A stretch of DNA of 63,171 nt, counting the filler, from Hausera hauseri (Eukaryota): assembly GCA_046269625.1 (NCBI GenBank). It is 11 parts of 11 records of this genome, joined end to end, with 100 filler letters (N's around TTAATTAATTAA, not from the genome) between each part and the next. Parts side by side here need not be neighbours in the genome. Positions count along the whole stretch, not along the records: positions 1 to 4,863 come from JBJURY010411478.1; positions 4,964 to 10,642 come from JBJURY010207967.1; positions 10,743 to 15,457 come from JBJURY010464022.1; 8 more parts are not named here. One strand, given 5' to 3'. Positions within the stretch are counted from its first letter, which is position 1. The number at the start of each line of letters is the position of its first letter. Below the pieces are notes generated by a model. That model was not told the DNA's origin, did no database searches, and saw only the letters and a list, made by a program, of their open reading frames with translations. The position numbers were made by a program, and so were the translations under genes. This document shows, piece after piece, positions 1 through 11,399 of this stretch.

Positions 1-95
1 TCACCATGAACTGCCTGTAAATATCAGTTAATTGTTGCAGTAATTGTATCTCATTGGTCTGTCTACATTGCGTTGTCACCGAAGAAACCATGGGT

Positions 96-3000
96 TTATT
101 CCAAAAGCCAATGTCCGTACACCCGTCTTATTCCGCTCCACCACCTACGCTTATCATCATTAGATGATAATGCGACTTTGGTATTAGTCAGTATACAGAT
201 GGTGCTCAATTGATCGTATTATCGTTTAGGCAGCCATTGATTGTCCTTCGCCTCCGTCTTCTCCTTCAGACACGGCGATAATCACCGTGGTTTATTTTTG
301 TCTGAGCCAGCTGAATTCCTTTTGCGCGCATTTTTGGTCAACAGTCCGTTAAAAGATTGTAGCACTTTGGGCGTAGAAATATCCATTCCCAATATTGAAC
401 CCGACCTTCGCTCTCATCCTTGAAACTGCCGATTTTGTTTGTAATTGCGTAATGATTCTGTGGGTAGTTAGATGTGTCCATTTGCCGCAGTAGTTCTTCG
501 CGATTGGGTTTTTCTAGTTTGAGAAAGAAACTGTGTGTCACCGGCAATCATATTAATCTTCCAGCCGTCAAACATTTACCGGTAACGTGCCAAGTCGCGA
601 TACTGCAGCTCATACATTCGTAATTTGCTCAGATCCAATACTACCTGTCCTATATAACTTGGCCGATCCATCGGCAATGTGCATTGAACGCCTAAATTGA
701 GCCTTACTAGTATACGTGACCAACCGCTTTTCACTATTGCATAGGCGTACATTGGGCCGCTTTTTCAGATTCTCTACGGCTTTTGCGTACAGAGAATTGT
801 TTTTCAGCTTGTAATAATCATTTTCAAACTTGCTACAATCTGAGGCTCCTTTTTCTTAATTCCGATTGATGTACGATTCGAATATGGGAGCTTGTGCGAA
901 TCGGATTGCGCGATGTAATTGTGTGACATATACACCAAGCTGCATGTGAAATTGCAAGAGACGCCAATGAATAATGTAATTCGATTTGGGTTCATGCGTC
1001 ATAAGCAGCTTATTTACCTTTGAGCCAGCTGCACATTGGCTAATTGGTGCGACTGGTAATTCATCCAGAATGTTATACAGCTAATCTAGTATCACAAGGT
1101 CAACTTCTATCACGTATCCAATTGAGCTGTTTTCCATTGTGTCTGCTCTCGGGTGATTTTCCAGTATTGCATCCAGATATTGTCTGTCGACTACCCATTC
1201 GAATTAACCGTACGGCAAGGGTTGCGAAAGGTCCCAGCCATACAGGTTATTAATATCAATGTACAAAAGTGATGTGGTATTATCATCACTGGTAGAAGCA
1301 GCAGGAATACCAATATGAAACAGTCGGTACATTTCTAAATCTTGCAGCAACTCGAAATCACGATCCAATGTCATCAGGGCCGACGCCCAACTCATCCCCG
1401 GTATGGAACAAAAGTTGAGTGGTTCCAACCTATCTTCCTGTAGGGCTTTAGTCCGGAATATCTAAAATACATCGGCTAATAGGTACACAGCCCATCTTAA
1501 ATACTGAAGCATGTACTCCAGCAGGTTTCTACAGCCGAGCTCTGTCTAAAATCCCAGTGCTTTTTGCCATTCATCATCTGTTATACCCGCCCAACGCAGC
1601 GGTAATTCTTCTGTTGTCTGAAGCAGCTCATATGATACCGCAAAGTCGTACGGAAATATACTTTTGCTACGTGCAACGTGCATATGGAACTGTGTTGATG
1701 TTATCGGCACATCTTGCAAACCATTTACCAGCTTTGCCAATGATTCATTCAGAAATTGTAATGAATCGAGAAAGCCTACCTGGAAATGGTTTATACGAGC
1801 AGACATGAGAGGTATTTTTCTACCGTAGATAGTTCCCAGTGCAGGAATCCATTTTTTACCCATTTTAAAATATAGTGACAATCAACCCCTGAAATTATGA
1901 AAGACCACCGCCATGAATGGACGCACACGCCTTGCTAAATTGCATGAATTACATGCAGCCCCTAGGTAACGGCCGGTAAAACAATCATGACCCGGTACGA
2001 GCTACTCATCTGCATCAAACAGTAATCTTTTGTGACACAGGTAACATTCGTCGGTGGCTGCAAAAATCAACGGTTCATATTGGTCTGTCCAGGCTAAGGG
2101 TTTAGTGCTATTATTTTGATACCACGGTGAAATTTCTGCTTCTACTATTATTTCCAACTGCTGCAGGAAATCGGGAATGCAGTTTCAACCATGAAAAACG
2201 TAATACCGAGGTTAACCAACAGCTTTTATTGGGACAACCGACATACCGACGGTGATTGGAACATGTGTTTGGTTATATACGCTGTGCCGTGGTAAAACAG
2301 TTTCAATATCTGCATATACCATGTATGCGGTCGGTTTTTGACCAGTCACGGAATTTGAGATCCTTTTTGACGGGCATGACGTACATTGTTGTTCGTGATG
2401 AATTCTGTTTGCACAGTGTCACATGTTTTTTCCATGATGTTTCTGACCTGAAACATGCATACATTGGACACCATTTACATCGTATTAGTTTTGGATGAAC
2501 TGCTTAGGGTCAATGTTCAAAGTCTGTCTAAATTTGTCACGGCCATGTAATGAAAATTTTCCTTCTGCTCTAACAGTAACAAATTTACTGACTGCCCATT
2601 TGAATTCCAACTTTGATAAATTATGTGCACATAGGGGTTATTGTAAATCTCTTCGTCCGCCGATATTTCTACAATTGTGTTGTACCGGAACACGTTAACT
2701 GAGTGTTGGATTATGCCGTTCAAGAGCCGGAATGGATTTCAGTTTCATCGCCATCCAACATTCATTAAAGTCCTATTTGGAATAATATTGCCCATACTGA
2801 TTTGGACGATTTGCACTCTGTCTGTCCACTTGGTCATATTTTAATAATGCCAGAAATAGTATTCGTCATCAATATTTTTTACATTCACTACCGCAAAAGA
2901 CGCTTTAGAGCAGCAGGTGTGGGTATGAATGATCGTCCAGATAAGTAAATTATATCACTCGACTTTGTTACAATAAAGCCGAAAGTGACAATTTTTATAA

Positions 3001-3200
3001 TTCGCCAGCCACTATCCTTTTCGGTATAATTGTCGATTTTCTTATCCAGTCTTTCGCCAACATCGGTAATAAAATCTTAGGAATATGGTACGGCTCCATG
3101 TGACAGGTACTATTGTTTCCTGTCGCCTTGTACGTTTTCAAATTATGCAAGTTCATAATACTGCACTTTGCAGTGATGTTAGAATTTCTTTACTTCGGAT
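96..3200 (-). pseudogene. Polinton/adintovirus-type family B DNA polymerase (pPolB) with internal endonuclease VII-like domain, frameshifted
   Basis: Motifs in order across frames on the minus strand: DNYTEKDSGW; HDCFTGRYLGAACNSCNL..VVFHNFRG; FLDSLQFL; motif A LLYIDINNLYGWDLSQPLPYG; motif B NNSLYAKAVENLKKR; PSYIGQVVLDLSKLRMY; degenerate AGDT(D)SFF; DTSNY..IGSFKDE..FLRPKCY; C-terminal KVALSSNDDKR..YGH, stop at 96-98. Start is approximate. Confidence 0.9.
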
Positions 3201-3398
3201 TCAAACCGGTTGCGAACACTGGACGATACATACCTTAATTGCGTTGTTGTTTTCTCCGACATGTCCACTTTTATATGCACGTACGATATGTTCATATCGT
3301 ACATGATAGTAATGAAAGTTCAGGTTCTTGCTGCGGCTGCTGTTGTTGCTCCTGCTGCTGCTGTGATTGTTAATGTTGCATGTATTTGTCATGACTTG

Positions 3399-3782
3399 TT
3401 AATGCTTGACATTTCCTACTAGTTGAGCGTATGCTGCTGCTGTTTGGCTTTTTGAACGCCGAAATTGGTTCAAGTAATCCCTATGGTCGTTATAAAATTG
3501 TTCGCAGTTGATTTGAGTTGCAACTATCGAACAACCGGGATAAACATAGGCCCGTTTACCTTGCACCGTTGTGGTGCTATAGTATTGCTCCATTTTACTA
3601 TGACATTCATTAACTTTATGCACTTTATTATTACAATACCGTGAATATACGGGACAATGCACACTCATCATCTTTTTAGACAGTATCAACAGACCAAGAT
3701 GATGTCTGCATTTCATAAAAATTGGGGTACAGACAGTGTGTTGGAATATTACACACGGGACGCAAATATATGTCCTTGTCAA
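3399..3782 (-). CDS. Hypothetical Cys/His-rich small ORF upstream of pPolB, probably a Polinton accessory gene
   Basis: 127-codon ORF co-oriented with pPolB; no family recognised. Confidence 0.3.
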   Translation of the reverse strand: MTRTYICVPCVIFQHTVCTPIFMKCRHHLGLLILSKKMMSVHCPVYSRYCNNKVHKVNECHSKMEQYYSTTTVQGKRAYVYPGCSIVATQINCEQFYNDHRDYLNQFRRSKSQTAAAYAQLVGNVKH

Positions 3783-4472
3783 TGGTGTAATACTTCACCA
3801 TCTGTTGGTGACATTTATCTGCGTCATATCGGCGCGAGACACAGTACATGGGATATTCAGTGCATTTCTAAATGAAATAAATTAACATTTGTTATGTATT
3901 AACTTTATAAGTAGAATAAATTAAAACACAACAAAGATATAACTTGTTTCCATTATTATTAAACTACGACATGTTTAATTTACGCAGCTATAAACATTTC
4001 AACACTATTAAACATCAAATTGAACAGTACACTGAAAGTGAGATTCAAAGATTGACTGATGACATAATGACTGGACAGGTATTTGATGTTGAGTTTTATG
4101 TGAGCTCGCAGAAACTAGAATAATGAGCAGACGACAATATATTGAATTAATAGTCCGATCTCTCTTCCTAAAACGTATTGAAGATGAAATGAAACGAAAT
4201 CCACAGTAGGTTAATTTCCTCATTGCACTTGCATTTTCTGCTTCGCTTTGTATTATAATGAAAACGTTGATTGACCATATTTAATAATGATAGATTGTAT
4301 TGTTATAATACTTTTGTTCATTTGAAACATTATTTTGCTGCATTTGTTTTCATGAATTAATGTAATTTATTTCGTGTGTTTGTTACATTGCAGTATAAAT
4401 ACTTGTGCTTTTTTACTGCATGATATTACGACATGTCTCATTTAACGACACTCATCAGTTTGTATCACTCTT

Positions 4473-4862
4473 TTGACCGTCTCAGAAGTCACTTTTACAA
4501 TCTTGATCGGCCTTTACATGATGCGCGATACTGTTCTTCCGAGGGCACGAAAACCCTATATACGACATGCGACGCAGGTTGCTGATGACATGAACATGAT
4601 ATTCGGTCCAATTTTTCGTACTTATCAGAAATTGGCGGATTACTATGCGTTGTGTGACAATCCACGTCAAATGCAGTTTGTGGATGATTTTATCAAAGGT
4701 GATCAGATGGATTACGTTCCCATGTTGCAGTCAGCGAATCAGATTTCCTTTAAGCAGCGTTGTAATATAACTAATTCCGATGGACTTGTTCATTCACTTG
4801 CCGAATTGGTTAACCCATGCGGTTTGTGTGCTCCTATTAGAGACAATTTAGTTGTACAATAG
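4473..4862 (+). CDS. Hypothetical ORF divergent from pPolB, possibly a Polinton accessory gene
   Basis: 129-codon ORF; TATAAATA at about 4394; no family recognised. Confidence 0.3.
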   Translation: MTVSEVTFTILIGLYMMRDTVLPRARKPYIRHATQVADDMNMIFGPIFRTYQKLADYYALCDNPRQMQFVDDFIKGDQMDYVPMLQSANQISFKQRCNITNSDGLVHSLAELVNPCGLCAPIRDNLVVQ

Positions 4863-4863
4863 A

Positions 4864-4963
4864 NNNNNNNNNNNNNNNNNNNNNNNNNNNNNNNNNNNNN
4901 NNNNNNNTTAATTAATTAANNNNNNNNNNNNNNNNNNNNNNNNNNNNNNNNNNNNNNNNNNNN
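4864..4963. other. Artificial contig linker (first of ten)
   Basis: N44-TTAATTAATTAA-N44, with stops in all six frames. Also at 10643, 15458, 20284, 24970, 31609, 38865, 47178, 52954 and 57369 (100 nt each). Confidence 0.99.
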
Positions 4964-5930
4964 GTATTTCTTGTGGGCTAATTCGGCCAATTCGTCAAGG
5001 GCCGTGGAGTCCTCCACCACGGTAAGTAGAGCCCGATTTTGGATGGGTAACGCGCTGAGGAAGTAGTGGCGCACTAATTCTGGATTGTGTTCTTTAGTAA
5101 CGCCGCGAGTGCAGATGTGCCAGAGAAGTACGTAGAAAGTATGATAGTCGTTGCGCGCCTATAGCATTGTCGTGAAACAAGCCTTATATGATAGTGTCCA
5201 TTGAGGGTTCTGTGATCTTAAAAACAACGTTGAAGAGTTGTGAATATGGATCAGGAAGTTCAAAGATTTCAATGATGTTGTGAATTCGTGTTTTTATATT
5301 GTTAGGTAGTAAGAAGAGGAGGTTGTGTGCTTTAGTTAAAGAATCGATAACGTAATTTGCTTGTAGCCACAGCTCGTGGAATTGCAACCCTGTTTTGCTG
5401 GAGCCTTGTTTGTCGATAAAGAATTCAGTGCAGTAAGGGAAAGCAGTGGAAGAATTAGTAGATTAAGGTTTATTAGCATAAGTAGTAGTGGATTTTTGGA
5501 GTAGTATAACGGGTTTTGATTTCGTGGTGATTTTATCTGTGATGTCTATGGTTGGCGATGAATTCATGCCATCACGGATGCGGAAGTGTTTGTGGAGGTG
5601 GATAAAAGTTGAAGATTAAGGTCCCAGCGATAGGTACTGTAGCGCCGTTGTGCATGATGTAAAAGTCAAATTAGCGAAGAAAAGTGGAGATGGCGTTATA
5701 AATATCTGTAGTGTTTACGTGTGTTGACGCAGTTGTGTAATTATGTTATTTAAAAAAAAAGAAGAAAAAATGGTGTGGATGTATAAGCGGGCGCGTGTTG
5801 TGGGGCGTCAGTGAAGGGTGCCGTCCGACCCAATGGCACAGGGTGGGTGGCCGGGACTTCAGCCCGCTGTAGCGAATCCCAAACTTCGGGGTGACCGAGC
5901 TCCCGCATCGAGCTCCGTTGCACCTATAGT
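4964..5930 (-). mobile_element. 5' part (leader and gag) of a CsRn1-like Ty3/gypsy element
   Basis: Gag peptide ALLTVVEDSTALDELAELA closely matches 63005-63065 and is related to 53705-53780. Leader 5790-5925 is homologous to 62110-62260 and carries a degenerate tRNA-Trp PBS-like CGGTCACCCCGAAG. Confidence 0.8.
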
Positions 5931-8213
5931 GCTGATTGTAGATATTTTCTTGTTCGGAGTAGCTTCTGTTGAGTTTCCGTTGTCATAACGGTCGTCACAT
6001 CCCGATTTGGTTCCCTTGAGACTGCGTGAAAATATCGATGATTCCTCAGCAACTAGACTTTTAAGTACGTTTCTAAGAATAATCAGCGAAGTTGGCGTTG
6101 CAAGCTTACTCCATATCATCGCTGCATTATGTCTTTGCAACGGTACTGGCTCCCCAGGTTTATAAATACATGCTCCTTTGTCACATTTTAGAGGGCTAGG
6201 ATATATTATTAAAAGACCGGAATCGGAACCAACAGATGATCCTAAATGACTTTAAGGAAGCATAAGTAATGAAACAGCACTAAGACCCGATGATGGATCG
6301 ATAGATCTTATGGGATGATAAACTCCAACAGTCATAGTTGCTGTAAGTAACTCACCGGAGACTTTCAAGCTGACGGTAATTTTGGCGAATCCTGTCATGG
6401 GCCCGTTTATTTTTAGAAATACGCAGGCACTTGAGATTGGAATGGCTTGATGGTGTAATTTCTAGGATCTGAATTTTAGTATGATCATTGGTGATGCTTT
6501 CAAACGGTGACCCGTAGAAATGAGTTATTGGGTTATTTCCGTGACTTATAGCCATTAGGGGTAACTGAATTTGGTTATTTACCTCAACTTCAACCTTTTT
6601 GAGAATGAATTGAATAGATCGTATTGACTCAACGCTCACAGAGGGAACACCATGTTTTTTCATGTTGCTTTGATCTACTGCAGCGACATACGACAATCCG
6701 AATTTGGTTGGCCGCACAAAACCAACAATGTACAATAACTGAGCAGTTTAAACACGATCGGCGTTCATTTGACTTTTGCGTGTTTTTGTCATGAATCATC
6801 CATTTATATTTATTACTGCCTCCGATTGCAGTCAATGGAAATTCAGAAATCGATGCCATGTCGGAATACCATGGCAGAACAAGAGAACATGAAATAACCG
6901 CTATTGGTGAATATATAAACACATTCTGTGTCCCTTCAACGGGGATTTCTAATTTTAATTGCTTTCCGTTCTGCAATAAATTGTAGGAAAATTGAGATTG
7001 TAGTGTTGTCTGGCCCTCCTTAATGGCCTTCACGACTGAATGTTCCATTAGTGTCTGAAAATAATGTTGCGAAATATTTTTAGGAATGGTAGATTCAAGT
7101 CGCACATTACCGGACATGTATATTTGATGACTATTGGAATCATACGGTTTCACCGTCAGGGTATACATATTTTCTTTGCCCGTTTGTAAAACCCAAACGC
7201 TCTTCCCCGGCCAAACACGAAATAACGAGAATCCCGGTTCAATGACAAATAAAACTGGGGACGGATGTCGGAATTCTTCTTTGATACTTTTGTCAATAAG
7301 TGCAACTTCGGTTTGTCTGTATTTTTTGCTGTAACAGTTGAGCCCTGAGTATCAAGGACTGCGATATAACTGTTGTTAACTGGAAGGACATATTGATTGC
7401 TCGGGAATTTTACTTCTATAGATAATCCTTGGCCATGAACGTATATTTTATAGGTATGTGAGTGTTAGGAATCAAATATGCACATTGTGGCTATAGAGCA
7501 GCATTAGCCATGACTAGAAGCCGAACATATTGACTATGCACAATACTTTTGACTTTTTAGTCGCGAAATGTTAAAGAAACTCTTGAAGACCCTGTTTTCG
7601 AACCGCTGATTAATTGCATATAACCTAGAAGTCCTTGCTGCTCCAAATTTCCTATCAAAATTGATGTTGAATATTCTGACTCAGTCCACGTTATAAATCT
7701 TAAAACACCCTGCACATCTCTATTTAAACCCAATGCTTTTATGGACCATTCAAATGGTAAATCGTCCAACGTGTAGAACGTGTCACCGAATTCATCGGAA
7801 GCCCTGGCGATAAGAGCTTCTGGAGTTTCATGTGAATATAATTCCTGTGTTCGGGTTTCAATCGATAGGTGCCTAATGACGTCAAAAATGACGTTATAAT
7901 TTACAATATGACCGGTAGCAGTGTTTAGGGCATAAATTGTAGTTGTTGCACGATGATTTCATTTCCATAAATAAGAAACAACACCCTCATGAGAACATTT
8001 TGTATCCGGATATAACCGTGTTATGGTTGCCACTTCCGGGGTGCTTAAAGACCACTCATGACAAATGGAAGATAAGCTTCGTATCGTATAATCTATGGAT
8101 GTAAAAGTACTTCTGGATAAAAGAATCTTTGAATCACTTAATTCAAATTCAGTTCCTATTGTTATATGTACATGTACGAAAAGACATAAGAATAAAATTT
8201 CAATAGGGCTCAT
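5930..8213 (-). pseudogene. NUP210: Nuclear pore membrane glycoprotein gp210, N-terminal third, apparently intronless, with stops and frameshifts
   Basis: Signal peptide MSPIEILFLCLFVHVHITIG, then SKILL..CHEWSLSTPEVATI..CSHEGVV; TQELY..GDTFYTLDDLPFEWSI; ISGSKTGSS; LVLPW..AIGGSNKYKW. Collinear with human NUP210 as remembered (YRWLSTRPEVASI, GNTFSTLAGLVFEWTI, SGMKTGSS). 3' end approximate. Confidence 0.85.
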
Positions 8214-10084
8214 GATAAAATTTATGAAATCAAAATAATCCTTTTGTTGAATTATAAACAATTAGCAATATTACCGCGCTCCGCTCTACACGGTCCATCT
8301 CTGTACGCTGTCGGCGAGTATCTATGATGTTTGCTCCTGGCCGCCGGAGAATCGCTGAATGTACATTCTGACACCATTTGTTCGTGGTCATATTCTTAAT
8401 TAATAAATCCCATGGAGACAACTTCAGCAAAAATTTCTGATAAAATTTTGCCAAATCCTCTATGTCTATTTTTTGTTTTTGAATTCGAAACTTTTAAAAA
8501 ATAATTTCGATCAGTCTCATGAGTCTTCCGACTTGAAAATAATAAAATTTGGTTAAGATAACTGATAAAATCGTACGAAACCGAAATGACCAATAATCTG
8601 TACATTTATATTTGTAGCACAAAAATTAAGTTTTTAGAATATTAAATGAATAAAACTTTTTACAAACACAAAATGTCCGTTTGTCTATATAGCCTTTTTT
8701 CGAATTCCTCATTTTTTTACATATTTAAACAAAATATTCAATCAAAATATTCATCAGCGAGATCGAGAAAATCCGGCCCTTGTTCATTTAAAACACACTG
8801 GCAAGATTAATTATCTGACAACATTGCTGATGCCTTGAATCCTCAACACACGATTCAAATTTCGACTGATTTTCAGAATTTTCACAGCTTTCGACACCTT
8901 CTGATAAATAAAAATCCAACTTCGATTCATCATTGCAAATATAAAATCAATATCCAAACGAATATAATTTGATCACACAATATATTGGAGAAGATAATTC
9001 CGTAATGTAAAATATTACAATAACATTTGAAAATGCACATGAAAGTAAATCGATCATCACGAGCTGCATGCAGCAGATCCAAAGAAGCAACTTTATGACA
9101 AAACCAAATCCAAAAAGCGAAATTTTTCAAAAACATTTTCCGCCGAATGATGTATTTTCTGTTTCACCGAGAATTTAGATACCAAATTTAAGGAAACAAA
9201 ATATTCAGAAGTGTATCATTTTATCAATACAGTGTATCCGATATTTATAATATTTTGATGGGCCATACAGGATTCTGTTTTTCCTTCAGTGTTTTATCAA
9301 ATGCCAAATTTGTCTGAATGTTAAAATATTTGTTTTCTTGACGCGAACAATGAAATTTCACATGCACTTTAATTGTATAATTTTCTATAATTATAAAGTA
9401 TCACATTCATATCAAATATTAGTAAAGCAAATGTGAAAGTATCTGTTCATTTCTTTCATAACCGAAAATGTCCCACCAGATCTGAATATTTGCGACGTGG
9501 CGTCCAATGTTTCGGCAATTGTTGTTTGGAAAGCAAAAGAGACAGTACATCGTTAAAATAAATCGAAACTGTTTGGGTTTTCCGATTAGGGTTTCAACGA
9601 AGAAGTTAAATCTTTGTAATTAGAATCGTTCGTCAACTGATTAGGAAAATAGCAGCTGTCGGATTTCGTGTCAATATCACTGTTCTGAGATGTGATAATT
9701 GAATAGAGGTCTGTGGTAGAATGTGCAGTACGCGTAACGGAAAACAGATTGTTCCGTCGGTGATTTCTTCGGGTATTTCGTTCTTGACCTCTTCTGTAGC
9801 GTCCTCGGCCATGTGACTTTTTTCCATTTGGTGAGAAATCGACAGAGATAGAGACAGTGTTAATCAATCAAATCGAAAGGAATAGTAATAAAATAAAGTA
9901 AACAAATTATAAAGCTAATCTAAACGTTCGTTCCATTTCAATAAACGTAGTAAGAGTGATTGTTGTGCAACGAATTCCGGTGGCGTAGAAAACAACAAAT
10001 AGATTGAAAGATAGCAAAATAGAGAGTGAGACAAACGGATAGAGACATAGGAGTATATTCGATGATCTTCTCGTTCAATCCTAT

Positions 10085-10207
10085 GGATAAAATTCTTAAG
10101 GCAGAGAGTCTGACTCGGCTATTCATCCGACGCAGCGATAGCGGACACCCGGCCGTGCCCAACCAGTGGGCCAAAGGGCACTGGTCGCGGTTGGCACCAA
10201 AAGTCCC
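10085..10207 (+). repeat. GC-rich structured repeat (type B leader hairpin)
   Basis: Homologous to the reverse complement of 57975-58090, mostly by transitions. Core CCGGCC..CCAGTGGGCCAAAGGGCAC is related to the leaders at 5810-5870 (-) and 62170-62240 (+). Confidence 0.7.
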
Positions 10208-10742
10208 ATTAGTTTTCAGAAGTTTGGCTTCAAGTACGATGACAGTGAAAACACCCAGTCAGTAAGGAATATTGAGTCGGGTTATAAAGGAAGGAGAATT
10301 GGCCAAAGAGAGAATAAAGAACATTTATTTGGAGAAAGGCAGATGGTTTCTGGGATTGAGTGACCGAATAGATTTTCGCTTTTTAGTGATTTTTTACCGT
10401 GAGACCGAATGTGAAACAATTTCTCTAGTGGGTGCTATGATTTTTCTATGCGTTTAAAACATCCTGCCGAGTCGATCTATGCAGCTCAGCATACTTCTGA
10501 AATTGATTATTGTAAATTTCAACTTCGGCGGCTTTTTGTGAATTATTTCAGTTTTTTTGTTTCAACTTTTTCAGAGCAGCCAGGATTTTCGGAATAGAAA
10601 GTACCCCTGCACACTGTGCACCAGGTGAAAAGCTCCTGCGCCNNNNNNNNNNNNNNNNNNNNNNNNNNNNNNNNNNNNNNNNNNNNTTAATTAATTAANN
10701 NNNNNNNNNNNNNNNNNNNNNNNNNNNNNNNNNNNNNNNNNN

Positions 10743-11300
10743 AGGTCAAACTGGATTTTTTATCTATATCCCTGGGGTATTTTACAGCATAGGTTTGGGA
10801 TCCACCGATTGATAGCACAGTATTTCGTCTGGGGGATTTGGTCTTCCAAGCGGTATAAATCGAACCGAGATCCGGTGAGATTCGGTTAATTTCGTTCTAG
10901 TTTTAATCTGGATACATGTGTTTTCCAAATCTTTGGCGACCTCCATTATATTTTCGTCTAGTAATTTCTTTGGAGGGTCGGTACTTTGAATTGCATCAGT
11001 AAATTTTATACGAATTTTCATGTATTCTTTAATAGTCTTGTCGGTTCCAAAGCAGATACATGGCTTCTTTTAATTTGCCTCGTAGGCTTTCATTGTTTTT
11101 AGATTTTCTATATCTTTTCGTCCTTTCACATGTTGCTGTTCTTCATTAATCTTAGTTTCCCTTCCACTCTTGGCAATTCGATATATATCTGTTAAACTGG
11201 CTTCGCTGTCATCCCACCATTGTGCTTTTTAGTCTTGGAAACATAAGAGGCGATTAATGATAACGCTAAGATTATATGCACGTAAGACATTGGTCTATTA
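10743..11300 (-). pseudogene. Post-integrase accessory ORF with signal-peptide-like segment
   Basis: After YNLRS comes hydrophobic MSYVHIILALSLIASYV, then KPCICFGTDKTIKEYMKIR..ENTCIQIK; truncated by the contig end. Confidence 0.5.
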
Positions 11301-11399
11301 ACTAGTGAAGATGTCTTTGTTTTTCTTTTGTCTTGACTTGGGTTTAAACTCTGATCTTTGGATCGCAAATTATAACATTTTTCTGGTTTAATTTTGGTT

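Noticed and set aside
4864-4963. Recurring TTAATTAATTAA palindrome in N runs
   Set aside because: Artificial six-frame-stop linker; adjacency across it has no biological meaning, and ORFs containing X are artefacts.
8260-9900. Short ORFs upstream of NUP210
   Set aside because: Possibly further decayed gene fragments, but no motif could be recognised with confidence.
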